Positions 25,046 through 34,600 of a DNA stretch of 64,000 nt are shown one piece after another. The notes beneath the pieces were generated by a model. That model was not told the DNA's origin and ran no database searches. It was given only the letters and a program-made list of their open reading frames with translations. Position 1 is the first letter of the stretch; each line of letters starts with the position of its first letter. Position numbers and translations under genes: made by a program. The stretch is from Nemertoderma westbladi (lineage: Eukaryota; Animalia; Xenacoelomorpha): the NCBI GenBank assembly GCA_032718475.1, contig JAUCBJ010000593.1:1-64000 (forward strand), read 5' to 3'.

Positions 25046-25321
25046 TTGACCATCTGCAATTCTAGTCGATTAAGATATCGCGGCACCCACCGATATACTT
25101 GAAGGACAAATTCTAGAAGCAGTGGTTAACGTCCCCAGACAAGTTCTGGAATAAACTGGTGCCCATCCTAAATATTAATTATTAATATTTACAAAATCTG
25201 TCAAATTTTAGATCCTTTAAAATTCTAGTCGATTAAGATATCGTAGCACTTACCGATACTCTTAAAAAGACAAAATTCCTAGAATCTAGGATCCCAGTCC
25301 CCAGACACGTTCTGGAATAAA
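25046..25321 (+). other. Two copies of a long imperfect hairpin plus a small stem-loop in the inter-ORF region
   Basis: Copies at ~25046..25155 and ~25210..25321 share ATTCTAGTCGATTAAGATATCG..CCGATA..GACAAA..CTAGAA..GTCCCCAGACA.GTTCTGGAATAAA with nested complementarity. Confidence 0.75.
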
Positions 25322-26140
25322 ATTACGTCTATTTAACATTAAATAATAAAATTTACGGGAATAAATTTAAATTCATATATTTCAATGAATTTAATAAATT
25401 GTCATTTTATACAATTTATAACATTCCCAAAATTCCATTAATTAATAGATCATGGGAGCGGAGATTCACCCTATTAAGTGTATTTGTGTGCGAGAATCTC
25501 CAATATATAGTCAATAGCCGATAAAATTCATAAAATCATATATAGAGAGGATATTGACAATTAAAGAATTACTATTAAATAGCATCCCAGATCTGTATGC
25601 ATGAGAATTACCCTAATTCTACCGCTAGCTTTCCATAATGTCACCATGGCAACAACCACGCTAGAATTAGAAGTGAGTTAAAAGAACAATAGAAGGCTTG
25701 CCCCATTGAATAGCATAGGGAATAAATAGCGCGCTGCTAGTATCCAAGGATACATAATAAATAAAGTGACATTCTGGAAGGTACTGACTAACGGACAAAT
25801 GGCCCGAATGTGTACAGTTTATGGCAGTTGTGTTGAATTTGTGCGTTCATAGGTGAATGTTACTGCTAAAGTGTGTTTACAGTAGCTAGTCGCAATTGTG
25901 AAAGTAACCCTAACTCTCCAGAAAGAACCTGAAGTACATCTAAGCCTTTGGGACGGACAGTGGAGTGACTTGTGCCGGTTATCGTTGTCGTTGTGTAGCT
26001 ACATCATTGGCGAAAGCACAGCGACGACGGTACATCGGCGCTGAGGATCTTGCACTGTCCGGGGGCAAAAGAGGGGTAGGCAGCGACGCCCATAGCCTAT
26101 TATATAAACTCATTATAATATTGATAAACTCATAGCAGAT

Positions 26141-26572
26141 ATGACTGAGTTGATAGAAGATGATCTTGGTATCAGGGAGCGATATACTCTACCTTTACAA
26201 GCGTTTGTCAATAGCTTGATACGCGGCGACGCTGGTCCAACTACTACGGAGGATGATGGTCGTTATATCGAACCACCAATGTCCCCGGAGCAACTTACGC
26301 ATGAATTGGATTATAGAAAGTTCACCGCTCGCTATACGCATCGTAATGGTACGTATATGGACTTCTTAACTACTGGCCATCCTATCGATTTACACGATAC
26401 GGACGATGTAGACACCGAAAGGGAAATGGTTTATTTAAATATCATACCCAGCGGAGTCGGAACGATAAACCGAGAATGGAACACGAGAACTCTATTCGAA
26501 ACAAACTCGAAAGGGAAGACGTTGAAGAGCCAGATAAACGCAGCGACTTTAACGATTATCTGGAATTCCTGA
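26141..26572 (+). CDS. ORF2 N-terminal segment, unknown function
   Basis: ATG-initiated 143-aa ORF overlapping the next segment, whose frame is open from 26347. Confidence 0.5.
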   Translation: MTELIEDDLGIRERYTLPLQAFVNSLIRGDAGPTTTEDDGRYIEPPMSPEQLTHELDYRKFTARYTHRNGTYMDFLTTGHPIDLHDTDDVDTEREMVYLNIIPSGVGTINREWNTRTLFETNSKGKTLKSQINAATLTIIWNS

Positions 26573-27465
26573 GAGAGACATATCTCAATATTGCCAGCCA
26601 ACAAATTCTCGAAACTCGATATCCTCAAGGTATACATCATGACCCTATGATAGAACTCAAACGACTCTATTTCACTATGATGTATCTTACCGCCGATCGA
26701 CCGCTACCTGTCGTTCCAGAAAGCTTCGAACAGATGGAGGAATATTGTAAAACTGGAGAACGATCACCCGCGTTTCCCCTGCAGGACGTGCGTCTTTGGT
26801 ATTACTGCGACGAATGCCCTAGACCCAATCAGCAAACGGAAAGACATAAACATCCGCGGAGACGTTGCGCTAAACACAGTTTTACACGATATACTTATGG
26901 GAGTTTCGAGCGAAACCTGTTCGACGTATCCCCTACGGTCGCTCGACTCAAACAATCCCTGAACAAACCAATGATCATAGTTCCGGAATACTCGGTCAGA
27001 CCTCCTCATTCCTCAGTTAGACCTCAGACTCTTGATCCTAATAGTATCACGGATCCTCCCAAACTGTATTTGCTGTTCAAAGATCTAGTGATACCCGAAC
27101 AGTTGATCGGTGGCACTCCGGTAGTAGGCTCACTAGATATTCGCCAACCCTACCTAACTGGATTGGGACGCGGTCATCCAATATCGCCGTTTAACCCACA
27201 CAACCGTCCCGGCTTCACCTCGATACAACCCGTTACGGAAGTCGAAGAGAGCGTCGTACGAAACGCATTAGACGCTATTCGGCAGAAAATCGGAAAGGGA
27301 ACTTACGATTGTTTGGAGAAACGTAAATTGCAACAACAAGTCCAAGCGGTGAAGGAATTAGCTTTACCCCAGTTCAATAGAGAAATACAAAATCTCGAGG
27401 AGGACATCAAACGTGGACGAACCTACTCTTTACAAGAGTTCCTAGATGAGCGTCTACAACAATAA
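26476..27465 (+). CDS. ORF2 segment 2, with a possible Zn-binding CxxC..H..C motif and C-terminal coiled coil
   Basis: 329-aa non-repetitive ORF containing WYYCDECPRPNQQTERHKHPRRRCAKH; in frame with the next segment. Confidence 0.6.
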   Translation: MEHENSIRNKLEREDVEEPDKRSDFNDYLEFLRETYLNIASQQILETRYPQGIHHDPMIELKRLYFTMMYLTADRPLPVVPESFEQMEEYCKTGERSPAFPLQDVRLWYYCDECPRPNQQTERHKHPRRRCAKHSFTRYTYGSFERNLFDVSPTVARLKQSLNKPMIIVPEYSVRPPHSSVRPQTLDPNSITDPPKLYLLFKDLVIPEQLIGGTPVVGSLDIRQPYLTGLGRGHPISPFNPHNRPGFTSIQPVTEVEESVVRNALDAIRQKIGKGTYDCLEKRKLQQQVQAVKELALPQFNREIQNLEEDIKRGRTYSLQEFLDERLQQ

Positions 27466-27501
27466 GCGGAGGAAAATCAGCTCGAGGAGAGACATATAGA
27501 A

Positions 27502-28737
27502 ATGGATGAGAGAGAAGAAGCAACTTTAGCTCAACCCGAAGCTCAAATCCTTATGACGGATCTCTACTCTAAAACCATCCTTCATCCCTCGATGGTTCCC
27601 CATTTCGGAGACAAACTCTTTGCTACGGTACAACCCCAACCGGTTGATATCAACCTAAGATCTCGAGATCTTATCGCTGACGCTCCCATGTTGCAACGTC
27701 CGCCCATCGAAGCCGCTCGTGTCGATGGTATACTCGTTGAACCTCCGGACAATAGAGCGGATCTTGTCCGTCGCATGGTACACGATGTTAACATACGCGC
27801 TAGACCTTTACCGGACTCGTTTTATGGGATCAAAGATCACCCTTATTACGTCAACCTAACACAATATTACATGGTGAAACCGGAAGATCCTACACATAGT
27901 CTGAGGTTTCTGCCACTCATAAATCCTCTCGATCTTGTCGAACTCGAACAACTGCATAAACATCTGGATCAGTTAGTTAAAATAAACTCATTTCGAAAAC
28001 CATACAATGTTTCCAGAATAGAGAAAGAAACAATACCTCCGTATAATCTTGATGGATTCATCAAAACTCGTTTAGTACACTGGAATCTTGACGTGTTATT
28101 CGAGGAGGAAAGAATTCAACGATATGGAGATGTGGAAACATATACCACACAATATTTAAAGTATAGAGACCTACCTAATGCTAGCGAATGCGCTACCTTG
28201 TGGCATCCTATGGGAATGACCCTCGAAAACGCCACTAAAGAGTGGAATGAGACTCTTAACGTTATCGAGATGTATGGAGTTGTCACCTACGACAACGAAG
28301 GTAGCGTTCCGGTTGGAGAACTGGGAACTACGCGGATGATACACATACGAGGACTCGCTGGTTCTACCCACGTATTTACTCGAGCGTGTTCCGATGTGAT
28401 TGATTATTCTTTTGAGACTCTTACTGAGACACAAAAGAAACTCCGACATGGACAATTCGAACTCGCGCAGCGTTATGTCGCCGACACCGAGCGCAAACCG
28501 GCCATGGGTATCGATGGATCGATGTTACCCCAGCCCGTGCTCGAGATGTTGTTTAACGAAAGAATCCTTAAAATCGGCTCAGCTGTTTATGGAGACCTAC
28601 AAAACGACTTTCGGAATATGGAGAACATTCCATACCCCTTCGTTGATGGTCAGCTGATTGCTCCCTGGGCAGAAGGCCGAGGTTTCTTCCGCACTATGTA
28701 TGCAAATACACCCAGCGGCATTACTAAAGTACAATGA
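27502..28737 (+). CDS. ORF2 segment 3 with ExoI/ExoII motifs of a WRN/EXD/Mut-7-like DEDDy exonuclease
   Basis: VVTYDNEG (ExoI D-x-E), LPQPVLEMLFNERILKIGSAVYGDL (ExoII) and FVDGQLIA. Confidence 0.7.
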   Translation: MDEREEATLAQPEAQILMTDLYSKTILHPSMVPHFGDKLFATVQPQPVDINLRSRDLIADAPMLQRPPIEAARVDGILVEPPDNRADLVRRMVHDVNIRARPLPDSFYGIKDHPYYVNLTQYYMVKPEDPTHSLRFLPLINPLDLVELEQLHKHLDQLVKINSFRKPYNVSRIEKETIPPYNLDGFIKTRLVHWNLDVLFEEERIQRYGDVETYTTQYLKYRDLPNASECATLWHPMGMTLENATKEWNETLNVIEMYGVVTYDNEGSVPVGELGTTRMIHIRGLAGSTHVFTRACSDVIDYSFETLTETQKKLRHGQFELAQRYVADTERKPAMGIDGSMLPQPVLEMLFNERILKIGSAVYGDLQNDFRNMENIPYPFVDGQLIAPWAEGRGFFRTMYANTPSGITKVQ

Positions 28738-28854
28738 ACCTCCATCGGACATCTTGCCTTTCAAGAATACGGATGGAATTTCAAGGTTGGAAATCCTATA
28801 AATTACCAACAAGTATATGGAGATCATTATTCTCGTTTATACTTTGATGGACCA

Positions 28855-30162
28855 TTGACTGCACCTGGCGCCGTGTATAGCTTTATGAGTGTTCCACTTC
28901 GTCCCTCCTTAGCTATATACACGATCTTTGAAAATGCAGCACTTGCCGGTTGGCTAGCCGATGTGTGCAGTCGTACCATACGCGCCCATCCCTTAATACT
29001 TGGAACCAAACTCGCCAAGTTAGATGAACACAATAAATTCATCCGCTTCGAATGTTTCAGGCGCTTTCTGACTCCGTTCCGTAACGTTGATAGTCAGTTC
29101 AAGGACCGCACTCTGACCAAACTCAGCCTAAGAGACTCAGCTGCGGAGAAGCTAAATAGCGCGGGATTTGCTCTCTTTCAGGACGTTTGTATACAGAACT
29201 TACATTCATCTGTTATACAAAGACCCCAAATACCCACGGGTTATTCTGTCGTGGAAGTTCAGACAGTGGGTCCGCTTGCGGAGACAGCCGCACCTACCTC
29301 AGCTATGCAATTGGAAGACGAACCAATCTGCTTAGAGTCTGAAGCGATCCAGCCTACAGCGCCCCGGAGCAGCGATAACGATTACGTCTTGGAGTGGTAT
29401 CAAGGTCCACAATGTCTCACCGCATACGATTATCGACACGCCAACTATGTTTCTCGAAAACGTTGTCGATTATGCGCATCGAGAGACCATTTCACCCCTA
29501 TGGACTCAGACGTACCCTGCTCCTATTTCCACGAACAGCCGATGATGGAGATCTATTGTGCGTATTGCAGACTTAATAACTCGCATATTTTTGCAGTCTG
29601 CCCCCAATTTATGACCCAATGTCACCACTGTCAACTTAAAGGACATGCCAGTTATAATTGCCCCTTTAACCGCGATTTAGAAAGCGTAGATGAGATGATT
29701 ACCCTGCGCTACATCCGAGCTTGGGAAGCGAACGCGGATTTACATTGTGAGGCCCGCCATTGCTACTACCCTGGACGCTCTTACGAGGGAGTTTACGCGT
29801 TCCATCCTTATTTATTCGCGTCTGTGGAACAAAAAACACGCACACCGAGTTACGAACTAATGAAGCGTGTTGGTGAGTGTATTTCCACCAAATTTGTTCG
29901 AAAATATCTTAGGAACGTCAATCCTAATGATATTACTTCATACCATTTGATCAATTACATCCGTCAAGACCCTGAGTATGGCGATTTATTTATTAACTCG
30001 CACCCTGAGTTACAGGAAGTATCTCGACGGCCCTACGAATATCGAGCCCGAGAACGCGAGCTGGAAAGAACCATTAAACCAAGGAAGTTTCTCACCACTC
30101 ACGGTCCACCTACCGCCATTGTCCAGACGACCCGTCAAGGACCCGTCGCCCTAACGCCCTAA
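28855..30162 (+). CDS. ORF2 segment 4: exonuclease ExoIII region plus tandem CCHC zinc knuckles
   Basis: PLTAPGAVYS, CRLCASRDH..C, CAYCRLNNSHIFAVC and CHHCQLKGHASYNC. The listed start is a TTG inside a frame open from 28738. Confidence 0.68.
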   Translation: MTAPGAVYSFMSVPLRPSLAIYTIFENAALAGWLADVCSRTIRAHPLILGTKLAKLDEHNKFIRFECFRRFLTPFRNVDSQFKDRTLTKLSLRDSAAEKLNSAGFALFQDVCIQNLHSSVIQRPQIPTGYSVVEVQTVGPLAETAAPTSAMQLEDEPICLESEAIQPTAPRSSDNDYVLEWYQGPQCLTAYDYRHANYVSRKRCRLCASRDHFTPMDSDVPCSYFHEQPMMEIYCAYCRLNNSHIFAVCPQFMTQCHHCQLKGHASYNCPFNRDLESVDEMITLRYIRAWEANADLHCEARHCYYPGRSYEGVYAFHPYLFASVEQKTRTPSYELMKRVGECISTKFVRKYLRNVNPNDITSYHLINYIRQDPEYGDLFINSHPELQEVSRRPYEYRARERELERTIKPRKFLTTHGPPTAIVQTTRQGPVALTP

Positions 30163-30458
30163 CGCGCCCTAAAGGCCGTTAGACCTTGCTCCACTGAAGT
30201 TGATATCGATCAACCAGGTACCTCGACCGGGGATACACCGATCGTAATCCTAAACCTTCTGATGCAATTGTATTGCACCCTTCACCCAGGAGTTACAGCC
30301 CTCCTAGTAAAGTGGCTCGCCCCAAAGAGAAAAGGACTCTTGCTAGCCTCAAAAAACTACGTAAACGCCGTCCGCGTAAGAAAGACTAACTGTTTAGAGT
30401 ATTTTTATATTTTAGAAACTGTGATTTGTTACATTTTATAGACTTAAATCCCATTTTC

Positions 30459-30467
30459 TGGGAGCGG
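30459..30467 (+). other. Polypurine tract (TGGGAGCGG) preceded by a T-run
   Basis: Directly abuts the TG of the 3' LTR; identical at 77..85. Confidence 0.75.
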
Positions 30468-31650
30468 TGTAAAGGCTTTTGCGTAATTAGCCGGTTATTT
30501 TCCCCGTAAAGTACTTTGTAGTTGGTTTAACAGGCATAAAAGGCCTTGTCCTTACTGTACTGTTGTTTTAGAGGACATAAATGCCATTTCTTCTGTATGT
30601 GTACTTTAGCGGACATGATTAGCAATTTTATGACGCAATGCGCCAAATCCTCTGTAAACAGTGTAGCTACCATGACGACGGCTAACAGCTGATGCTGTAT
30701 ACGTGGACCTTTTCTTTATTCTCTGTTCCTTCTTTGTTCGGTCGACCAATCAGAGCGTTTTTTGCCTCTGTGTTAGAGATTGTATATAGAAACTCGTGGA
30801 GTTGAGTCAGTATGTGATTTTGTCCACAGCCTACAACATCGGCTTTGGAACCTCCGTGTTTCAGTCTTTAGTCCAACATTAGTAGGCTTAATTATAGAAC
30901 GTATATCGTTATCTCACTCACTTAACTAATCATACATAACATATCATATCTCAATAATCATAACTTACTCATTCATAACTTAACATTGTACTGCTATTTA
31001 CTGTCGGTTATTCATTATTTGTTGATGGAATATTATATTTGGAATACTGATAAATAATCAGACACCCCAATCTTCTTGATATACTAAAGGTTAGAGAGAA
31101 CGGTTACATATAATGATTGCGACTTACATTAAGTGGTTTGAAGTGAATCTAATGCTATTTTATAGGCCCTACACGTATTGTCTGTTGTTCTCCTTATATG
31201 TGACTAAAATTAGTGAAGGTCAGCAGATTGGTGTGCAGCATTGTGCAGTATTGTGTATGATCGTGATTGATAACGAAGCATCTCCTAAAGAATGCGCCAT
31301 ATACGTGAATCTATAGCCATCCCGTTGTGTCTAGTTTAAGTCATAACTCTGTTTATATATTTAGAGCGCCATGTCCTAAAGGAACTGTTAATATTTCCCG
31401 AAAGTGAATAATATTTGTCAGAGATTATATATATTACGATCAGTCGAATAATACAGTAGGCCTACCCCGCAATACGGTTAGGCTTCCGAATCCAGTCTCC
31501 CGGGTATATCCAGCGGGTGAATGATAGCGCATAGACTGGTTTCGGCTAATGTAGTGTATCAAATACTTGTCATAGGCTAAAGACTATCTATCATCTAAAA
31601 GACATCCCAATTTGGCAGGTTAAACTGCTAAAGGTCTGAAAGCGCGAACA
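30468..31650 (+). repeat. 3' LTR (1183 bp)
   Basis: TGTAAAGGC...GCGCGAACA followed by the TSD CTCCA. Confidence 0.96.
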
Positions 31651-34600
31651 CTCCATCTCATCTATAAGGCCTCTCCTTCCATATATCCCAGCCTCCCACC
31701 TCCCTCCACCTCCTCTATAAGGGCCCCCTTCCATATATCCCAGTCTCCAACCACCCTCCATCTCCTCTATAAGGCCTCTCCTTCCATATATCTCAGCCTC
31801 CCACCTCCTTCCATCTCCTCTATAAGGCCTCTCCGCTCTACAACTTGTATTTATTAATGTAGGCCTCTCCTTCCATATATCCCAACCTCCCACCTCCCTC
31901 CATCTCCTCTATAAGGCCTCTCCTTCCATATATCTCAGCCTCCCACCTCCCTCCATCTCCTCTATAAGGCCTCTCCGCTCTACAACTTGTATTTACTAAT
32001 GTAGGCCTCTCCTTCCATATATCCCAACCTCCCACCTCCCTCCATCTCCTCTATAAGGCCTCTCCTTCCATATATCCCAGCCTCCCACCTCCCTTCATCT
32101 CCTCTATAAGGTCACCCTTCCATATATCCCAGCCTCCCACCTCCCTCCATCTCCACTATAAGGGCCCCCTTCCATATATCCCAGTCTCCAACCTCCCTTC
32201 ATCTCCTCTCTAAGGGCCCCCCTTCAATATATCCCAGCCTCCCACCTCCCTCCACCTCCTCTATAAGGCCTCTCCTTCCATATATCCCAGCCTCCCACCT
32301 CCCTTCATCTCCTCTATAAGGTCACCCTTCCATATATCCCAGCCTCCCACCTCCCTTCATCTCCTCTCTAAGGGCCCCCCTTCAATATATCCCAGCCTCC
32401 CACCTCCCTCCACCTCCTCTATAAGGCCTCTCCTTCCATATATCCCAGCCTCCCACCTCCCTCCACCTCCTCTATAAGGTCCCTCTTGCATATATCCCAG
32501 CCTCCCACCTCCCTTCATCTCCTCTCTAAGGGCCCCCCTTCCATATATCCCAGCCTCCAACCTCCCTGCATCTCCTCTATAAGTCCTCTCCTTCCATATA
32601 TCCCAACCTCCCACCTCCCTCCATCCCCTCTATAAGGCCTCTCCTTCCATATATCCCAACCTCCCACCTCCCTCCATCCCCTCTATAAGGCCTCTCCTTC
32701 CATATATATCAGCCTCCCACCTCCCTCCACCTCCTCTATAAGGGCTCTCCTTCAATATATCCCAGCATCCCACCTCCCTCCACCTCCTCTATAAGGGCCC
32801 CCTTCCATATATCCCAGTCTCCAACCACCCTCCATCTCCTCTATAAGGCCTCTCCTTCCATATATATCAGCCTCCCACCTCCCTCCATCTCCTCTATAAG
32901 GCCTCTCCGCTCTACAACTTGTATTTATTAATGTAGGCCTCTCCTTCCATATATCCCAACCTCCCACCTCCCTCCATCTCCTCTATAAGGCCTCTCCTTC
33001 CATATATCTCAGCCTCCCACCTCCCTCCATCTCCTCTATAAGGCCTCTCCGCTCTACAACTTGTATTTATTAATGTAGGCCTCTCCTTCCATATATCCCA
33101 GCCTCCCACATCCCTCCATCTCCTCTATAAGGTCTCCCTTCCATATATCCCAGTCTCCAACCACCCTCCATCTCCTCTATAAGGCCTCTCCTTCCATATA
33201 TATCAGCCTCCCACCTCCCTCCACCTCCTCTATAAGGGCTCTCCTTCAATATATCCCAGCATCCCACCTCCCTCCACCTCCTCTATGAGGGCCCCCTTCC
33301 ATATATCCCAGTCTCCCGCCTCCCTCCACCTCCTCTATAAGGCCTCTCCTTCCACATATATCAGCCTCCCACCTCCCTCCATCTCCTCTATAAGGCCTCT
33401 CCGCTCTACAACTTGTATTTATTAATGTAGGCATCTCCTTCCATATATCCCAACCTCCCACCTTCCTCCATCTCCTCTATAAGGCCTCTCCTTCCATATA
33501 TCTCAGCCTCCCACCTCCCTCCATCTCCTCTATAAGGCCTCTCCGCTCTACAACTTGTATTTATTAATGTAGGCCTCTCCTTCCATATATCCCAACCTCC
33601 CACCTCCCTCCATCTCATCTATAAGGCCTCTCCTTCCATATATCCCAGCCTCCCACCTCCCTTCATCTCCTCTATAAGGTCACCCTTCCATATATCCCAG
33701 CCTCCCACCTCCCTCCACCTCCTCTATAAGGGCCCCCTTCCATATATCCCAGTCTCCAACCACCCTCCATCTCCTCTATAAGGCCTCTCCTTCCATATAT
33801 CTCAGCCTCCCACCTCCCTCCATCCCCTCTATAAGGCCTCTCCTTCCATATATCCCAACCTCCCACCTCCCTCCATCTCCTCTATAAGGCCTCTCCGCTC
33901 TACAACTTGTATTTATTAATGTAGGCCTCTCCTTCCATATATCCCAACCTCCCACCTCCCTCCATCCCCTCTATAAGGCCTCTCCTTCCATATATCCCAA
34001 CCTCCCACCTCCCTCCATCCCCTCTATAAGGCCTCTCCTTCCATATATATCAGCCTCCCACCTCCCTCCACCTCCTCTATAAGGGCTCTCCTTCAATATA
34101 TCCCAGCATCCCACCTCCCTCCACCTCCTCTATAAGGGCCCCCTTCCATATATCCCAGTCTCCAACCACCCTCCATCTCCTCTATAAGGCCTCTCCTTCC
34201 ATATATATCAGCCTCCCACCTCCCTCCATCTCCTCTATAAGGCCTCTCCGCTCTACAACTTGTATTTATTAATGTAGGCCTCTCCTTCCATATATCCCAA
34301 CCTCCCACCTCCCTCCATCTCCTCTATAAGGCCTCTCCTTCCATATATCTCAGCCTCCCACCTCCCTCCATCTCCTCTATAAGGCCTCTCCGCTCTACAA
34401 CTTGTATTTATTAATGTAGGCCTCTCCTTCCATATATCCCAGCCTCCCACATCCCTCCATCTCCTCTATAAGGTCTCCCTTCCATATATCCCAGTCTCCA
34501 ACCACCCTCCATCTCCTCTATAAGGCCTCTCCTTCCATATATATCAGCCTCCCACCTCCCTCCACCTCCTCTATAAGGGCTCTCCTTCAATATATCCCAG

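Larger units (their letters stand above)
26141..30389 (+). pseudogene. Disrupted accessory ORF2 (~1,350-1,400 codons if reconstructed): DEDDy 3'-5' exonuclease-like domain, CCHC knuckles and basic tail
   Basis: ORFs 26476..27465, 27502..28737 and 28855..30162 share one frame and are separated only by single stops (TAA 27463, TGA 28735) with open codons between. 26141..26572 overlaps via a -1 shift. Open codons continue past TAA 30160, and a -1 frame ends in KKLRKRRPRKKD* at 30389. Confidence 0.75.
16573..31650 (+). mobile_element. Non-autonomous BEL/Pao LTR retrotransposon with an accessory exonuclease/zinc-knuckle ORF
   Basis: Paired TG..CA LTRs, TSD CTCCA (16568-16572 and 31651-31655), PPT before the 3' LTR, and BEL-type gag, protease and RNase H-tail motifs. 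Confidence 0.96.

Noticed and set aside
27463-28737. Alternative genetic code or stop readthrough explaining the ORF2 stops
   Set aside because: Both TAA and TGA are involved, neither has a known readthrough context, and ORF1 ends normally at TAA; C>T decay is simpler.
26141-30162. ORF2 as a retroviral-type env gene
   Set aside because: The position fits env, but there is no signal peptide, fusion-peptide/TM pattern or glycoprotein-like composition; the motifs point to an intracellular nucleic-acid-binding protein.
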